From the IMG/VR virus record IMGVR_UViG_3300047195_000798: a stretch of DNA of 64,000 nt; one strand, written 5' to 3'. Position 1 is the first letter of the stretch, and each line of letters starts with the position of its first letter. The stretch comes from an uncultured virus (IMG/VR IMGVR_UViG_3300047195_000798). Its lineage: Duplodnaviria > Heunggongvirae > Uroviricota > Caudoviricetes. The translations under genes and the position numbers were made by a program. Below the pieces are notes generated by a model, which saw only the letters and a program-made list of their open reading frames with translations, had not been told where the DNA came from and searched no databases. This document shows positions 45,094 to 55,613 of this stretch, piece after piece.

Positions 45094-48000
45094 GGATGTC
45101 AAACTCTTTAGCTCCTGGTGAAACATTCATCGTCAAATTATATACTGGAACTGCAGCAGTTTCATTCACATAGATGCCAAGCGGATAGACGCCAATGGGC
45201 AACAGGGGGGTCTCGTAATGTCGTGTTGTCTCGTTGAAGCTGATCCGATACAGCCCCCCGTTCATTTCGAATTTCAAGGTCTTGTTGCCGATGGACTCAT
45301 CGACATAGCCATAGAGCATTCCTTGATTTATTGAAATGTTGTGGGTCTGGTTTCCAGGGGCAACAAAGAAATTCTCCGTCTGTATTGAATAACCATTGCT
45401 ATAGACGGCAATCGTATATTCACTCGGTAAGAGGTATTGAACTGAATAGTTGCCATTTGAATCAACCTGGACGCTCTGTTCTCCGCCCAAATCGAAATAG
45501 TTGTTCGTGAACCCAAGTGACATGTTACCAGCAATATGTCCCATGACATTGCCGTAATCAATGGATGCATTTATCTCTCTCGTATACGACACAGCACGGT
45601 CGGCTTCAGCTTCGGATATCGCATCGGTTCCATTGTATGAAATTTCCTTGAGCACATGTGTCCCTAAATAATAGCGTAGCGTGAAATTGCCAGGGAGACT
45701 CACGAGCGAATATGTGCCAGAGTTAGCATAGTACATGTCGTGCGGAATGTCATTCTTATCAACGAAAGAGACGGTAATGCCAGGGAAAGGAGTACTGCCA
45801 ATTGTAACAGACCCATTGATGCATCCGCCAGGATAATATTTAAGGATGATGACCGCAGGGTTTCGGGTTCCCGGATATGGATAGGGTGAAATGTACTCCG
45901 CCATGAAATGCTTCAAGAGATAACCGGGGACAAAGACATCTTTGGTTCCGCGATATGCACGGACGATCATGGTCTCGTAGTACTTGTCCTTTGTTATTTG
46001 GTGCGGGGTGAAAGGCGCTCTTGCTTGTTGTTCGTCTTGAGAAAGATTCTGCAACTGCTCATAGGTATATGTTGCATTATATGCATCCGTGTAGGTGAGC
46101 TGGAAATAAGGATCGTCCATGGTTGAATATCCGAACGTTCCTTTGTTGGCGAGGAACGTGAAGACGTTGAAGATTTCCATGTCATATCCTTCTGTACCAT
46201 AATAGCGGACTGAGAATCCGGTGAGCTTCTGCACGGCCTCGTATAGCTGAACCATCCGTTCGTCGTCGAGTGTGGAGTTCAATATGGCAATGCTGTCTTG
46301 GTACAAGGCATTCATGGCAGTGATCTTGAAACCGCCAACCTGTTTGTTGAACGAGGGGGCAAAATGCTCCGGATCGTAGATGATATTTTCCAAGTCATTG
46401 GCTGGATGATGGGTGATGGTTACATTCGTCTTCGTCTCATTGTCCCATTGCGTTTCATTGGTGTTGGGCAGATATGTCTGCAGAAGGGCATCAGTGGCAT
46501 TCGAGAACTTTCCGTTGAAAGCATCAGCTCTCAGCAGAAGAACGATGAGGTCTGCAATCGCTTCCTTTTCGCTTCCAGCGGTCTGGAAGTTAGCAGCACA
46601 TTCGATGCCTCTCTGATAGTTATCCGCTACCGTCGGATGATCGCCGATGGCAACCTCTTGAAATCCATAGTCCCACCATGAAATGAATCCCGGACGCTTT
46701 ATAAAATCATTTATCTGCATGTCCTGGTTCGCCAGCCAGCTCAGTGCCAATGTCCAGTACATCTCTTTATAGGTCGAAAGCCCGAAGACCGAGTCAGCTT
46801 TACCGAACTTCTCTAGATCGTTCACAGGGATGGCAGCATCCAAGGCCATGTATGCATTTGGCATTATGATGAGAAAAGCGACAAAAAGCACGCCAAAAAC
46901 ATGATAGACATGCACCCCTTTGCGGATGCCATGGAACCCTCCGCCGGCATTATGTATCGTCTTCACCATTTTTTTATAATCGATCTTCTCTATCACCATA
47001 TAAACGACGAACCCTGACAAGATGGCAACCAGGGGAACGTAGTCGTTGATGAAACGCCCTGCAACGGTATTAAGCCAAGATGTCACTATAAACCAGACGG
47101 CAATAAAGAGGAAGTCATATCGTTTGGTCCGAATCCATTTGTATAGTACATATGGAAGGCCGCAGATTGCCGCGATGAGAAACAGCGAAGGGCCAAAGGA
47201 CATGATCCAGCGGCTCATATCGAAAGATTTTGCTTCTGCGATGGTAAGCGCAGTTTGAGATCCATAGAGACCATTGCCGAATATCATATTATTTATGTCG
47301 CCCAATCCCGCTGTAAACGTAGTGTGCGGAGCAAAATGAATGACGGCAGCACCAAAGGCTCCAAGCCCGATGAAAAGCGGTATGGAGATGATCCATGGCA
47401 TATTTAGTTTCTTGATTGTCAGACAGTACAGCCCAAGAGCAACGGCAATTCCTATGAGAACGACCATGGTATCGATACGGTATACATATCCCCATCCGAT
47501 GAAAAGCATGGGGAATGCAAGCAAGTAACCAAAAGACCACGAGATAATTGTATTGCGGATGAACTTCATATCGTGTTTTTTTAGGAACATATTGACGAGC
47601 ACTTGAATCACGAAGAAGAGCATGAGTACAGCATACGTGTAGCGCGCCTCGACCCAAAGCATGATCATTGCTGCAATAACCACGCCGGTAAGCAATGAAT
47701 AAAGGATTCCAACAGTATTTGATTTGGCCTTGATGGAACGTATATAAAACAGATAGATGAGGGCAAAAAGCAGAAGCACCAATGCATCATGGTCAAAGAG
47801 CGTGAACGCAGAGCCATGACCAGAAGCGAGATGGACCGGGATGAGTGGAATAAAGAACGCTGCGATAAGTCCCACCTTCCAGTTGAAGAACCCTTTCCCC
47901 AAGTAATATACCGGGATGACCAGCAATGCACCGAAGAGTGCCGGGAGAAATTGTATTGAAAGCCCAAGAGCATCCGTCTCGGGCATGACTGCTGTCAGCG

Positions 48001-48391
48001 GTAAATGGAAAACGACAGCCATCATATTCATCAAAGGGGGACGAGCACCGCTACCGGCATTCCTGACGATGTTTATCGGATATTCGAGAAGTTTGTCGGG
48101 GTTTGCCCAGGGATAATGACCGGATTCGATGGTCCATCGTATGGTGCGTAGATTGTAATAGGGATCAGGACCAGAGAGTAGGTATTTTGTCTGCATGGTC
48201 GTACCATCGAGATTTATGCCAACACCAGACGTATAGTTGAAATAGAAATTGAACAACAGCACGAGTGCAAAAATCGAGACGAGCAGGATTGCTACAGTCG
48301 CTCTGCCTTTTGGTATCTTCCACTTCTTTACCGGTTCAACTTGTGGTTTATGGTGTGGAATATCTTTAATTGGGTTGCTTCTTTTTCTCAT
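45080..48391 (-). CDS. aglB: Archaeal oligosaccharyltransferase (STT3/AglB)
   Basis: About 13 TM segments in the N-terminal half; GPDPYY; FDHD; TIAE; SWWDYG; HPTVADNYQ; large C-terminal extracellular domain; GAGGG RBS before ATG 48391. Confidence 0.95.
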   Translation of the reverse strand: MRKRSNPIKDIPHHKPQVEPVKKWKIPKGRATVAILLVSIFALVLLFNFYFNYTSGVGINLDGTTMQTKYLLSGPDPYYNLRTIRWTIESGHYPWANPDKLLEYPINIVRNAGSGARPPLMNMMAVVFHLPLTAVMPETDALGLSIQFLPALFGALLVIPVYYLGKGFFNWKVGLIAAFFIPLIPVHLASGHGSAFTLFDHDALVLLLFALIYLFYIRSIKAKSNTVGILYSLLTGVVIAAMIMLWVEARYTYAVLMLFFVIQVLVNMFLKKHDMKFIRNTIISWSFGYLLAFPMLFIGWGYVYRIDTMVVLIGIAVALGLYCLTIKKLNMPWIISIPLFIGLGAFGAAVIHFAPHTTFTAGLGDINNMIFGNGLYGSQTALTIAEAKSFDMSRWIMSFGPSLFLIAAICGLPYVLYKWIRTKRYDFLFIAVWFIVTSWLNTVAGRFINDYVPLVAILSGFVVYMVIEKIDYKKMVKTIHNAGGGFHGIRKGVHVYHVFGVLFVAFLIIMPNAYMALDAAIPVNDLEKFGKADSVFGLSTYKEMYWTLALSWLANQDMQINDFIKRPGFISWWDYGFQEVAIGDHPTVADNYQRGIECAANFQTAGSEKEAIADLIVLLLRADAFNGKFSNATDALLQTYLPNTNETQWDNETKTNVTITHHPANDLENIIYDPEHFAPSFNKQVGGFKITAMNALYQDSIAILNSTLDDERMVQLYEAVQKLTGFSVRYYGTEGYDMEIFNVFTFLANKGTFGYSTMDDPYFQLTYTDAYNATYTYEQLQNLSQDEQQARAPFTPHQITKDKYYETMIVRAYRGTKDVFVPGYLLKHFMAEYISPYPYPGTRNPAVIILKYYPGGCINGSVTIGSTPFPGITVSFVDKNDIPHDMYYANSGTYSLVSLPGNFTLRYYLGTHVLKEISYNGTDAISEAEADRAVSYTREINASIDYGNVMGHIAGNMSLGFTNNYFDLGGEQSVQVDSNGNYSVQYLLPSEYTIAVYSNGYSIQTENFFVAPGNQTHNISINQGMLYGYVDESIGNKTLKFEMNGGLYRISFNETTRHYETPLLPIGVYPLGIYVNETAAVPVYNLTMNVSPGAKEFDIHAAS

Positions 48392-48410
48392 GTTTTCCCT
48401 CTTACAAGAT

Positions 48411-49454
48411 TTAATTATCGTAAATCTTTTCAAGCAATGTCATGACCATCAATGCATCATCTATGGAGCCATTTTTTGGCTGGATGTTTTTCCCAGCATT
48501 ATGTTGCTTTATTATATGATAGAATTCTTTCATTTCGCATCGCCAGCTGACATCTTCTCCACTGTAGAAAATAGACTCATTCGGATTGCCTGTAAATGTG
48601 ACATTGTCTTTAAGAGCGAAACGGACTTGTTCAGGATATCCAAATGTACGTGAAGTTGTAGACAAGCCGTTGGTTGAAATATAACCATTTTCGAATCCCA
48701 TTTCTATCGTAAATGTACGTTTCCACAAAAGGGACGATGAATGAAAAGACGCAGTGACACCTCTCTGTGATTTCAATATTGCAAAGGTATTGTCGTCGAT
48801 GGGTGGTTTGTAGGTATGATGTGAAACAAAGGATTTGGCTTGAGTGAACTTGTCGAGAGCTAAATGACCATCAGCTTTGCTCTTCACTTTCAGAAGATAG
48901 ATTAGAAGATCAAGAAGATGTATTCCTTGGCCAAGAAGTATCCCTCTGCTGGATTCTTTCGGATCTGGCCGCCAGTTCTCCATTCCGTCTTTTCCATAGA
49001 CGCCTCTGATCCAAAGGAGTTTTCCAAGTTCATCCCATTGCAAGAGTTCGACAATCTTCTGGATGTTCTGATAGTAGCGATGATTGAAACCGAACATCAA
49101 GACGGAATCTTTTTTCATCGCCTTCTTTATCTTCTTCGTATCATCAAGAGAGATTCCAGGTGGTTTCTCTGCAAAAACAGGAAGTCCTTTTTTCAGGTAT
49201 TCGATGGTGATCGGAGCTGTTTTAACGTGAGGGACACTGACGAAGACGCTGTCAAGTTCGTCGATGATATCTTTGTGATCGTGATAGAAATTCACAGAAT
49301 CATTATAGAGGTTGCTGCATCGAACCATGTTTATATTGGGATCTGCAACCGCTCTCAATTGAAATCCGCAAGCCGGCATTTCCTTGGCACGAATTTGCCC
49401 TTGTTTGCCAAAGCCGATTATTCCAGCACGAAACGTCTTCATTTCCATTTCCAC
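48411..49454 (-). CDS. Gfo/Idh/MocA-family oxidoreductase
   Basis: GIIGFGKQG; EKPPG; GFNHRY; GILLGQGIHLLD. Confidence 0.92.
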   Translation of the reverse strand: MEMEMKTFRAGIIGFGKQGQIRAKEMPACGFQLRAVADPNINMVRCSNLYNDSVNFYHDHKDIIDELDSVFVSVPHVKTAPITIEYLKKGLPVFAEKPPGISLDDTKKIKKAMKKDSVLMFGFNHRYYQNIQKIVELLQWDELGKLLWIRGVYGKDGMENWRPDPKESSRGILLGQGIHLLDLLIYLLKVKSKADGHLALDKFTQAKSFVSHHTYKPPIDDNTFAILKSQRGVTASFHSSSLLWKRTFTIEMGFENGYISTNGLSTTSRTFGYPEQVRFALKDNVTFTGNPNESIFYSGEDVSWRCEMKEFYHIIKQHNAGKNIQPKNGSIDDALMVMTLLEKIYDN

Positions 49455-50011
49455 CCGTTCAATTCAAAAGTTATGTAGTGACTCAGAAGAGAATGGAATG
49501 ATTCTACAATCGGAGTGGAATCTGAAGGGATCACTATGCAAACATCGCACATATCTTTCATGGCCCCTCCATCAAAACCAGAGATGCCTATCGTCTTGCA
49601 TCCTCTACTCTTCGCCAGCTGGATTGCTCCGATGAGGTTCTGGGACCACAGCCCAGAATGATATTCTCCCTTTCCACCATGGACGCTGAATGTGACGAGC
49701 ACATCTCCTTTTTCCATGAACCTCTCAAGCTGCTCTGTAAAAAGTTTTGCCCATCCTTCGTCGTTTGTAATGGCCGTCATGAGTGAAGCATTATCACAGA
49801 GACAAACCGAACGAAGGCCACCGAGCTTGAAGAAATCGCTAGATGAATGGGAAGCAGTTCCAGCGCTACCGCCAATCCCAGCAAAATAGACATGCTTCTT
49901 CTCATCTCGTGCTGTCTTGAGAATTTTCATTATCTCTTGAATGCTTTTGTCATAATCTGACAGTTTCAAAGAAACTCGGCTGCTTTCGTTCATATAGTCC
50001 TTTAGATTCAT
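49439..50011 (-). CDS. gmhA: SIS-domain phosphosugar isomerase (GmhA-like)
   Basis: GIGGSAGTASH; TAITND; GDVLVTFSVHGG; GFDGG; ESFH; start MNLKDY. Confidence 0.85.
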   Translation of the reverse strand: MNLKDYMNESSRVSLKLSDYDKSIQEIMKILKTARDEKKHVYFAGIGGSAGTASHSSSDFFKLGGLRSVCLCDNASLMTAITNDEGWAKLFTEQLERFMEKGDVLVTFSVHGGKGEYHSGLWSQNLIGAIQLAKSRGCKTIGISGFDGGAMKDMCDVCIVIPSDSTPIVESFHSLLSHYITFELNGWKWK

Positions 50012-50027
50012 TTTTTTCCTTCCTATT

Positions 50028-50174
50028 TTATTTTGCAAATATCCCGGCTTTTGCATTGACAGGAACAACCTGTGCCTGCTTTCCGCATGTCGGACAATTC
50101 GTATCTTCGGCACCGCCTCTATAATAACCGCCAGTGCCAGATTCATCGCAAGATTTACAGTAATATCTAATCAT
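50028..50174 (-). CDS. Small zinc-ribbon protein
   Basis: MIRYYCKSC...CPTCG. Confidence 0.6.
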   Translation of the reverse strand: MIRYYCKSCDESGTGGYYRGGAEDTNCPTCGKQAQVVPVNAKAGIFAK

Positions 50175-51189
50175 TGTCGATCTTCTCCGCCACCAAGGTT
50201 GAAACGCCTTCCTGATCAAAGGCAAAAGGAATATTGATGAGCCCTTTCTTGGTCATAGCATCAACGAAATGCCATTGCTCGGTTGGAGTCTCGCAGGGAT
50301 GATAGAACATGAAGAACCCCCCTCCACCACCAGAGCCCATGATCTTCCCGCCTAATGCTCCATTGTCGATAGCGAGGTCATACCAGTCATCTATCTGTGG
50401 GCTTGTCGAATGTGGCGAATAGTGCTTCTTGATTTTCCAATGCTCGTCCAGAAGATAGCCAAACTTATCGAGCTCAAGATGCTCAAAAGCGTCTTTCGTC
50501 TTCAGTCCAATCTCCTTTATCTTGTGAAGCGATTGAGTCTTGTCCATGTTGTCCTTCTTTAGATTCTCATCTAGATCTTTCAGGGCGGACGATGCAGTGC
50601 CCTGTCGCATCTGTCCAGTGAAGAAAAGAAAGAGCTTCTGTTCAAGTTCTCGGTAAAGCAGGTCCTCATTTGTCAGGGGCCGGACATCGACGAAACCGCC
50701 TTTGCGGAAAGTGTATGCATTTATCGCTCCAAAGGCTGTAGCATACTTGTCCTGCTTTCCCTCGTGCTCTTTCAGCACCTCAATTTCGATGTGGCACGCC
50801 ATCTCTGCAAGCTGCCGTTTTGAGGCAGGTTTCCCGTACTTGTAGAGATAAAGCGTATTGAGCAGAGCAACAAGAAATGCACCAGATGAACCAAGTCCTG
50901 TTCCGCTAGGAACATCTGCGATAGAATGAATCTCGATGCCGGACAGTATGTTCATCTGTTTCAATGCCTCTCTGAAAAGATTGTGTTTGATATCATCGAC
51001 GGTATTGACCGTCTCTCGTTCCGCATAGCTCAATTTAATCTGTCCGGTGAACAGCTTGTTTGCGGCGACGATGCAGTATTTATTGATGGCACCAGAAATG
51101 AGGAATCCTTCATATTTTTCATAATAGGATGGAAGATCTGTTCCACCCCCTCCTAGAGGTATCCTGCACGGACTTCGCGTAATATACAT
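50167..51189 (-). CDS. hddA: GHMP-family sugar kinase (HddA-like heptose/octose phosphate 1-kinase)
   Basis: RIPLGGGGTDLPSYY; PSGTGLGSSG; GKQD; GGKIMGSGGGGF. Confidence 0.9.
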   Translation of the reverse strand: MYITRSPCRIPLGGGGTDLPSYYEKYEGFLISGAINKYCIVAANKLFTGQIKLSYAERETVNTVDDIKHNLFREALKQMNILSGIEIHSIADVPSGTGLGSSGAFLVALLNTLYLYKYGKPASKRQLAEMACHIEIEVLKEHEGKQDKYATAFGAINAYTFRKGGFVDVRPLTNEDLLYRELEQKLFLFFTGQMRQGTASSALKDLDENLKKDNMDKTQSLHKIKEIGLKTKDAFEHLELDKFGYLLDEHWKIKKHYSPHSTSPQIDDWYDLAIDNGALGGKIMGSGGGGGFFMFYHPCETPTEQWHFVDAMTKKGLINIPFAFDQEGVSTLVAEKIDND

Positions 51190-51247
51190 TTTCAACACTC
51201 CTTTAGGCTGTCTCGCCCGCATTTAGGACAATTTCCCATGCAGACCT

Positions 51248-52591
51248 TCAGCTCTTCCGCTGTGAGTTTATGGCCACAGCTCCCACATTCGTATTGCATC
51301 CATTCCCTCCATCAATAATATATGTAACGGCATTGAGAAGATTGTCGAAAGTGTAATCCGGTTTGCTGTCTTTCCACTCGCTGTCTCCTTGGAGCAAAGC
51401 GACTGTTTTGACACCGGCTGCTTTTCCACATTCGATATCTCGCCAGGTGTCTCCAATCATGAACGATTTAGATGGATCAATGTTGTATCTGACAAAAGCT
51501 TCTCTTATGAGACCAGTCTTCGGCTTGCGGCAGTCGCAGTCGATTTTGTAAAGTGGATTCTCATCAGGATGTCCTTTCTCGGGATGGTGCGGGCAGAAGA
51601 AGATGTCATCGAGCTTTGCCCCGCCTCGTCCAAGAAGTGTTTCCATCTTTTTATGGATGTTCGCAAGATCTTTCATCGAAAAGAAGCTCTTGGCGATGCC
51701 TGGCTGGTTTGTGATGACGATGGCAAGATATCCTGAATTATTTATTTTTTTGATTGCATCGATGGTATCTGGGAACAGTTCAAAATCTTCAGGCCTTGTT
51801 ATGTCGCGTCCTTCGCCTTTCGTACCATCGCATCTTCGGATGATCACACCATCGCGGTCCAGGAAGATCGCTTTGCTTTGCGTCTCGTAGTTCATTATGC
51901 GGCCTGCAGCATAGTCTTTGTTGACCTCATCGAGCCGTTCCGGAGTCCCGATGTCGCGCATATATTCAGCGGTTCGATATCCATAGACTTGTTTCTTCTG
52001 GATGAGTGTCGGCAGAATATCTTTAGCGAAATCGGAAAAGATTCCGCTCTTGATATATTGAAAGACTTTTGGCGTAAGAATGTAAACGCTGATGTTCGTG
52101 AGATTGCGATAATATTTGTTATTGTCATGTGGCTTTGGGAAGACTTCGACGATGCGTTCGTTCTCATCGATATCAATGAGGTCGCTATCATCCATGTGTG
52201 TAGTTGGATGAATTCCGATGGTGCAGATGCTTTGCTTGTTGCAATGGAGCGAAAACATGCGTTCGAGCGAGATGTTATGCATCTTGTCCCCATAAACGAC
52301 GACGAATGTATCGTCAAGCATCGGTTCAGCTGATTTCAATGCACCAGCCGTCCCAAGCGGGAACGTCTCCTGCAAAACGATGACATTGTCATAATGATTG
52401 CTTTTAACGAATCTGTCGATTTGTTTTGACAGATGTCCCGCTAGAACAACGATATCAGTGATCCCATACTTTTCGAACCACTCTATCTGATGTTGTAAGA
52501 GGGATTTCTCTCCGACCTTTAGCAGTGCTTTCGGAACCGAGATATCGCCCATCCGGGTCCCTTTGCCACCGCAAACTATGGCTCCTTTCAT
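51248..52591 (-). CDS. Bifunctional sugar-1-phosphate nucleotidyltransferase (HddC-like) / GmhB-like HAD phosphatase
   Basis: GGKGTR..PK; PLGTAG; DIGTPERL; IFLDRDG; TNQPG; CPHHP...CDCRKP; GDTWRD. Confidence 0.92.
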   Translation of the reverse strand: MKGAIVCGGKGTRMGDISVPKALLKVGEKSLLQHQIEWFEKYGITDIVVLAGHLSKQIDRFVKSNHYDNVIVLQETFPLGTAGALKSAEPMLDDTFVVVYGDKMHNISLERMFSLHCNKQSICTIGIHPTTHMDDSDLIDIDENERIVEVFPKPHDNNKYYRNLTNISVYILTPKVFQYIKSGIFSDFAKDILPTLIQKKQVYGYRTAEYMRDIGTPERLDEVNKDYAAGRIMNYETQSKAIFLDRDGVIIRRCDGTKGEGRDITRPEDFELFPDTIDAIKKINNSGYLAIVITNQPGIAKSFFSMKDLANIHKKMETLLGRGGAKLDDIFFCPHHPEKGHPDENPLYKIDCDCRKPKTGLIREAFVRYNIDPSKSFMIGDTWRDIECGKAAGVKTVALLQGDSEWKDSKPDYTFDNLLNAVTYIIDGGNGCNTNVGAVAINSQRKS

Positions 52592-53055
52592 GTTTCTGAC
52601 AATGTCAATAAATCCGGATCTTCCACCGGTTTGGATTTGGTCTTGTATTTTACTTCGTAATAGACAATAAACGTCTTGAAAAGTTTAGGCAAGACGAGGA
52701 CAAGAAAAAAGCCAGTGAGCCCCAATCCCGCAATCAGACCAAGGCCGATGTGGGTCGGTATGAGTTTCATGACGGCCCAACTGCTGAAGAGAAAGATCGC
52801 AGCTCCAACGAGGGAAGATGCAATTAATCTTCCGATGGTGGAAACGATGATGTGGCGTTCTTTCTCTTTCAGCACTTTAGCAATGCGGTCGCATTCTTCA
52901 TCCGTTGTGGATGAATGCCCATTCACGCAAACGTTCTGTGTCACTTCTAATTTGATGACATTATAGAACGTAAGCGTCTCTCTTTCCTCTTTCATTGCCT
53001 CATTGCATGTTGGGCAGTGTGTGATTTCCCTTTCCCCTTCCATAGTGAGCGTCAT
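52588..53055 (-). CDS. YgiT-like zinc finger plus two TM helices
   Basis: CPTC...CVNGH; two hydrophobic segments. Confidence 0.6.
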   Translation of the reverse strand: MTLTMEGEREITHCPTCNEAMKEERETLTFYNVIKLEVTQNVCVNGHSSTTDEECDRIAKVLKEKERHIIVSTIGRLIASSLVGAAIFLFSSWAVMKLIPTHIGLGLIAGLGLTGFFLVLVLPKLFKTFIVYYEVKYKTKSKPVEDPDLLTLSET

Positions 53056-53084
53056 TTTTTCTCTCCTGCAAATTGATTATTCTG

Positions 53085-53849
53085 TTACTTTTTTTTCTCC
53101 TCCCTGCAAAATTCTTCCCAGGCTTTTTCAAAGTCCTTGAGTGCTTCTTCCGTCTTTGAGTGGTATGGCATCTGGTCAAGAATGGAAGTCGGTATAGTGA
53201 TGATATCAGGCTCAACAGTCAAGATGTCTTCAATATCTTGGGGAGACCGAATGCTTCCAATAATCAGTTCAGTGTCACTGTTCTCAAGGATGCCCATTGT
53301 AATATTGATTGTAGTAAGAGCATAGTCGGTTGCAGCAGCAAGGCTTTTTTTATCGAGTTTAGGATTGCCTGGTATCCAGTTGGGAGAAAGTTGAGAATAT
53401 TTCCAATCAATCATCCGATTGTAAAAGAGACTGACATAGGTTGCTTTGGCACATTTGACGAGGTAGGTCTGATTCGTAGTCATGCAGGCAGTGACATTCG
53501 TCTTAATGCCTTTCTCTCTAAGTATTGCAACAGCACGAAGCCCATCGCCATTGCCGAGCATAGGCACTTTGACAACAATATTTTTGTAAGCATGCTTGGC
53601 ACCATTCATAATCCAATGATCATATTGCTCTGCTGCATCCAAGATGCCTTGATAGTTATTTGGTCCTTCAAGGCTAACTGGCATCGGATAGACGAGCTCA
53701 AGGATTTCTTTCGCTCGTTGTTCAAAGTTGCATCCTCTGGCCTTATCGAGGAAAATCTTAGGATTCGTAGTAATTCCGGAAAAAATATCCCATTCAAGAA
53801 TCCTTTTTATTTCCTCCAAATTTGCTGTGTCCAAAAATAGTTTAGTAAT
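53085..53849 (-). CDS. tal: Transaldolase family protein (TalC/FSA type), apparent ATT start
   Basis: KLFLDTAN; GITTNP; VSLE; VVKVP (Schiff-base Lys); TNVT; YVSLFYNR; GSIR. GAGGTGA RBS 4 nt upstream of ATT. Confidence 0.88.
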   Translation of the reverse strand: MTKLFLDTANLEEIKRILEWDIFSGITTNPKIFLDKARGCNFEQRAKEILELVYPMPVSLEGPNNYQGILDAAEQYDHWIMNGAKHAYKNIVVKVPMLGNGDGLRAVAILREKGIKTNVTACMTTNQTYLVKCAKATYVSLFYNRMIDWKYSQLSPNWIPGNPKLDKKSLAAATDYALTTINITMGILENSDTELIIGSIRSPQDIEDILTVEPDIITIPTSILDQMPYHSKTEEALKDFEKAWEEFCREEKKK

Positions 53850-54608
53850 ATTATCACCTCTGACCAATAATTTTTGAAAATACGCCTTCCATTGTTCCCT
53901 GTTGGCATTTACTTCAACATTGCAAGGGCGACAAAGAGAAATGAGATTTCGAGAATCGCAGTTCAATGGATTGTAGTCTATGTGATGAATGTCCAGTCGC
54001 TTGAAAAATCCAGCAAGTTCTCTCTGAGACAACTTGCATTTTCTGCAAATATAATTATCCCGTGATCTAATCTGCTCTTTCAATTGTTCATCGAACTCAA
54101 TTGGATATTTCGGAGGACCGCCATGCCACAATCCACTAATTACTTTATTTCGATATTCAGGATCTTGCCATTTCAATTTGACTGCATCACTTTGTTTTTT
54201 ACGAGTTATTTCAGAGTATTTTCTGCCACGATAAACTTGACATGATTCTTTATGCATCTGCACATATTTGGGATCGCTATATTTTGCCAGCATTGTAACC
54301 TTCTTTTTATTTCTAAGTTCCAATGACTGCATCTTTCCGAGATGTGCAATCCTGTCTTTTTCTTTTGTTTTTATAGAATGATGTCGCCCATAAAATGGAT
54401 TGTTAGTTCCAGAATATCTTTTACTAAGATTACATTTTAATCCAAGCCTATATGCTTTAGCAATAATGCTACCCCGTTTATGATTGGAAAGCAGCAGAGG
54501 TATATTTGAACCAACTTCAGGATATTGTTCTCTGAGTATGGCTATCTCACTATTATCCCAAGGGCCGCCTATGTTTTTCCCCTCCAACTTTCTCTTCCTT
54601 GTTTTCAT
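53850..54608 (-). mobile_element. NUMOD3/HNH homing-endonuclease-like ORF, reading in frame into transaldolase
   Basis: NNPFYGRHHS..TKEK; RGRKYSEITRKKQS; IRSRDNYICRKC...LDIHHIDYNPLNCDSRNLISLCRPCN; no stop codon before tal; AT-richer than its flanks. Confidence 0.85.
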
Positions 54609-54855
54609 TTCTTGGTCGTTTTGATGCATCCCCCAAGAACAATTGTTTTCGACTCGCATATAGAAGCAATCGCCCAATCTGGGCATAACGAGAATCTGGA
54701 AAAGTTTCCAATATCTTTTTACAGCAATCGCGGCAAATCCCAAATTCCTGGAGCAGCATCGTCTCATCGTCATCTTTGTCGCAAATTATGCAAAAGCAAT
54801 ATTGATATTCTGCCCCTTCAGGCTTGAACAACCTTAATCTTTCATCTGCTGCCAT
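54553..54855 (-). CDS. Cysteine-rich zinc-finger protein
   Basis: CFCIIC...CRDCC...CFYMR region; coupled in operon. Confidence 0.45.
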   Translation of the reverse strand: MAADERLRLFKPEGAEYQYCFCIICDKDDDETMLLQEFGICRDCCKKILETFPDSRYAQIGRLLLYASRKQLFLGDASKRPRNENKEEKVGGEKHRRPLG

Positions 54856-55613
54856 TGTACTTTCTCTCCAGGTCTCCGGTAGAATCTTCCGAAGATATAT
54901 CCTAATGCCCCAAATCCGAGACGAAGCAAGTTCTTGAATGAGAGGCCATGCTGGTGTTTTCCTGAAAGCTCACGGTGGATGTTGTTGAGTTCGTATCGCG
55001 CTTCCCCGTTCCAGAATGCCTGTTTGAGAAACCCCTTCTTGGTCGTTCGCTGGTGGTGGATGAGCTTCATCTTCGGGTTGTAGACGATGGCATATCCATT
55101 GAGGACGCACCGGTAGTTCAGTTCGATGTCTTCGGCCTGACCTTGCGTCTCATCAAAGAGCCCTACCTTATCAAATACCTTTCTTTTGTAAGCGATGTTG
55201 CAGCAAGGATATGTGATATCCTGCCCAGTGACAAAAACGGAAACACGCGGTAGCGACGTGTCATTGGGAATGCATGCATAGCCAGCGACAATGTCGGCAT
55301 ACTGCATCGTGTTCACAAGCTCTTCGTACCAGCCATCGAGGAGTTCGGTATCGGCATCAAGTTCGGCAACGATGTCTCCTGTGGAATTCCAGAACCCGAT
55401 GTTCCTTGCCTTGCCTTTCGATACAATTTCTTTCAAAGGAACCACGGTAACATTGTATTCTTTCAGTATGACTAGTGTATTGTCCCTGCTGCACGAATCA
55501 ACAAAGATGAACTCGGCCTTTTTATCAAGGCTAAGTCTCTTTATAGATTCGCATAGGACGCGCACGTCCCTTTCGCTGTTGATCGTTGGAATGATTACAG
55601 ACACCTTCTTCAT
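54834..55613 (-). CDS. GT2-family glycosyltransferase
   Basis: VSVIIPT; VDSCSRDNT; ARNIG; DAD; EDIEL. Confidence 0.9.
   Translation of the reverse strand: MKKVSVIIPTINSERDVRVLCESIKRLSLDKKAEFIFVDSCSRDNTLVILKEYNVTVVPLKEIVSKGKARNIGFWNSTGDIVAELDADTELLDGWYEELVNTMQYADIVAGYACIPNDTSLPRVSVFVTGQDITYPCCNIAYKRKVFDKVGLFDETQGQAEDIELNYRCVLNGYAIVYNPKMKLIHHQRTTKKGFLKQAFWNGEARYELNNIHRELSGKHQHGLSFKNLLRLGFGALGYIFGRFYRRPGEKVQWQQMKD

Noticed and set aside
53085..54773. Intein or intron in transaldolase
   Set aside because: The HNH lies entirely N-terminal to the complete enzyme. No Cys/Ser...His-Asn splice junctions or split exons are seen. The ORF-track start at 54773 overlaps another gene and is likely an over-extension.
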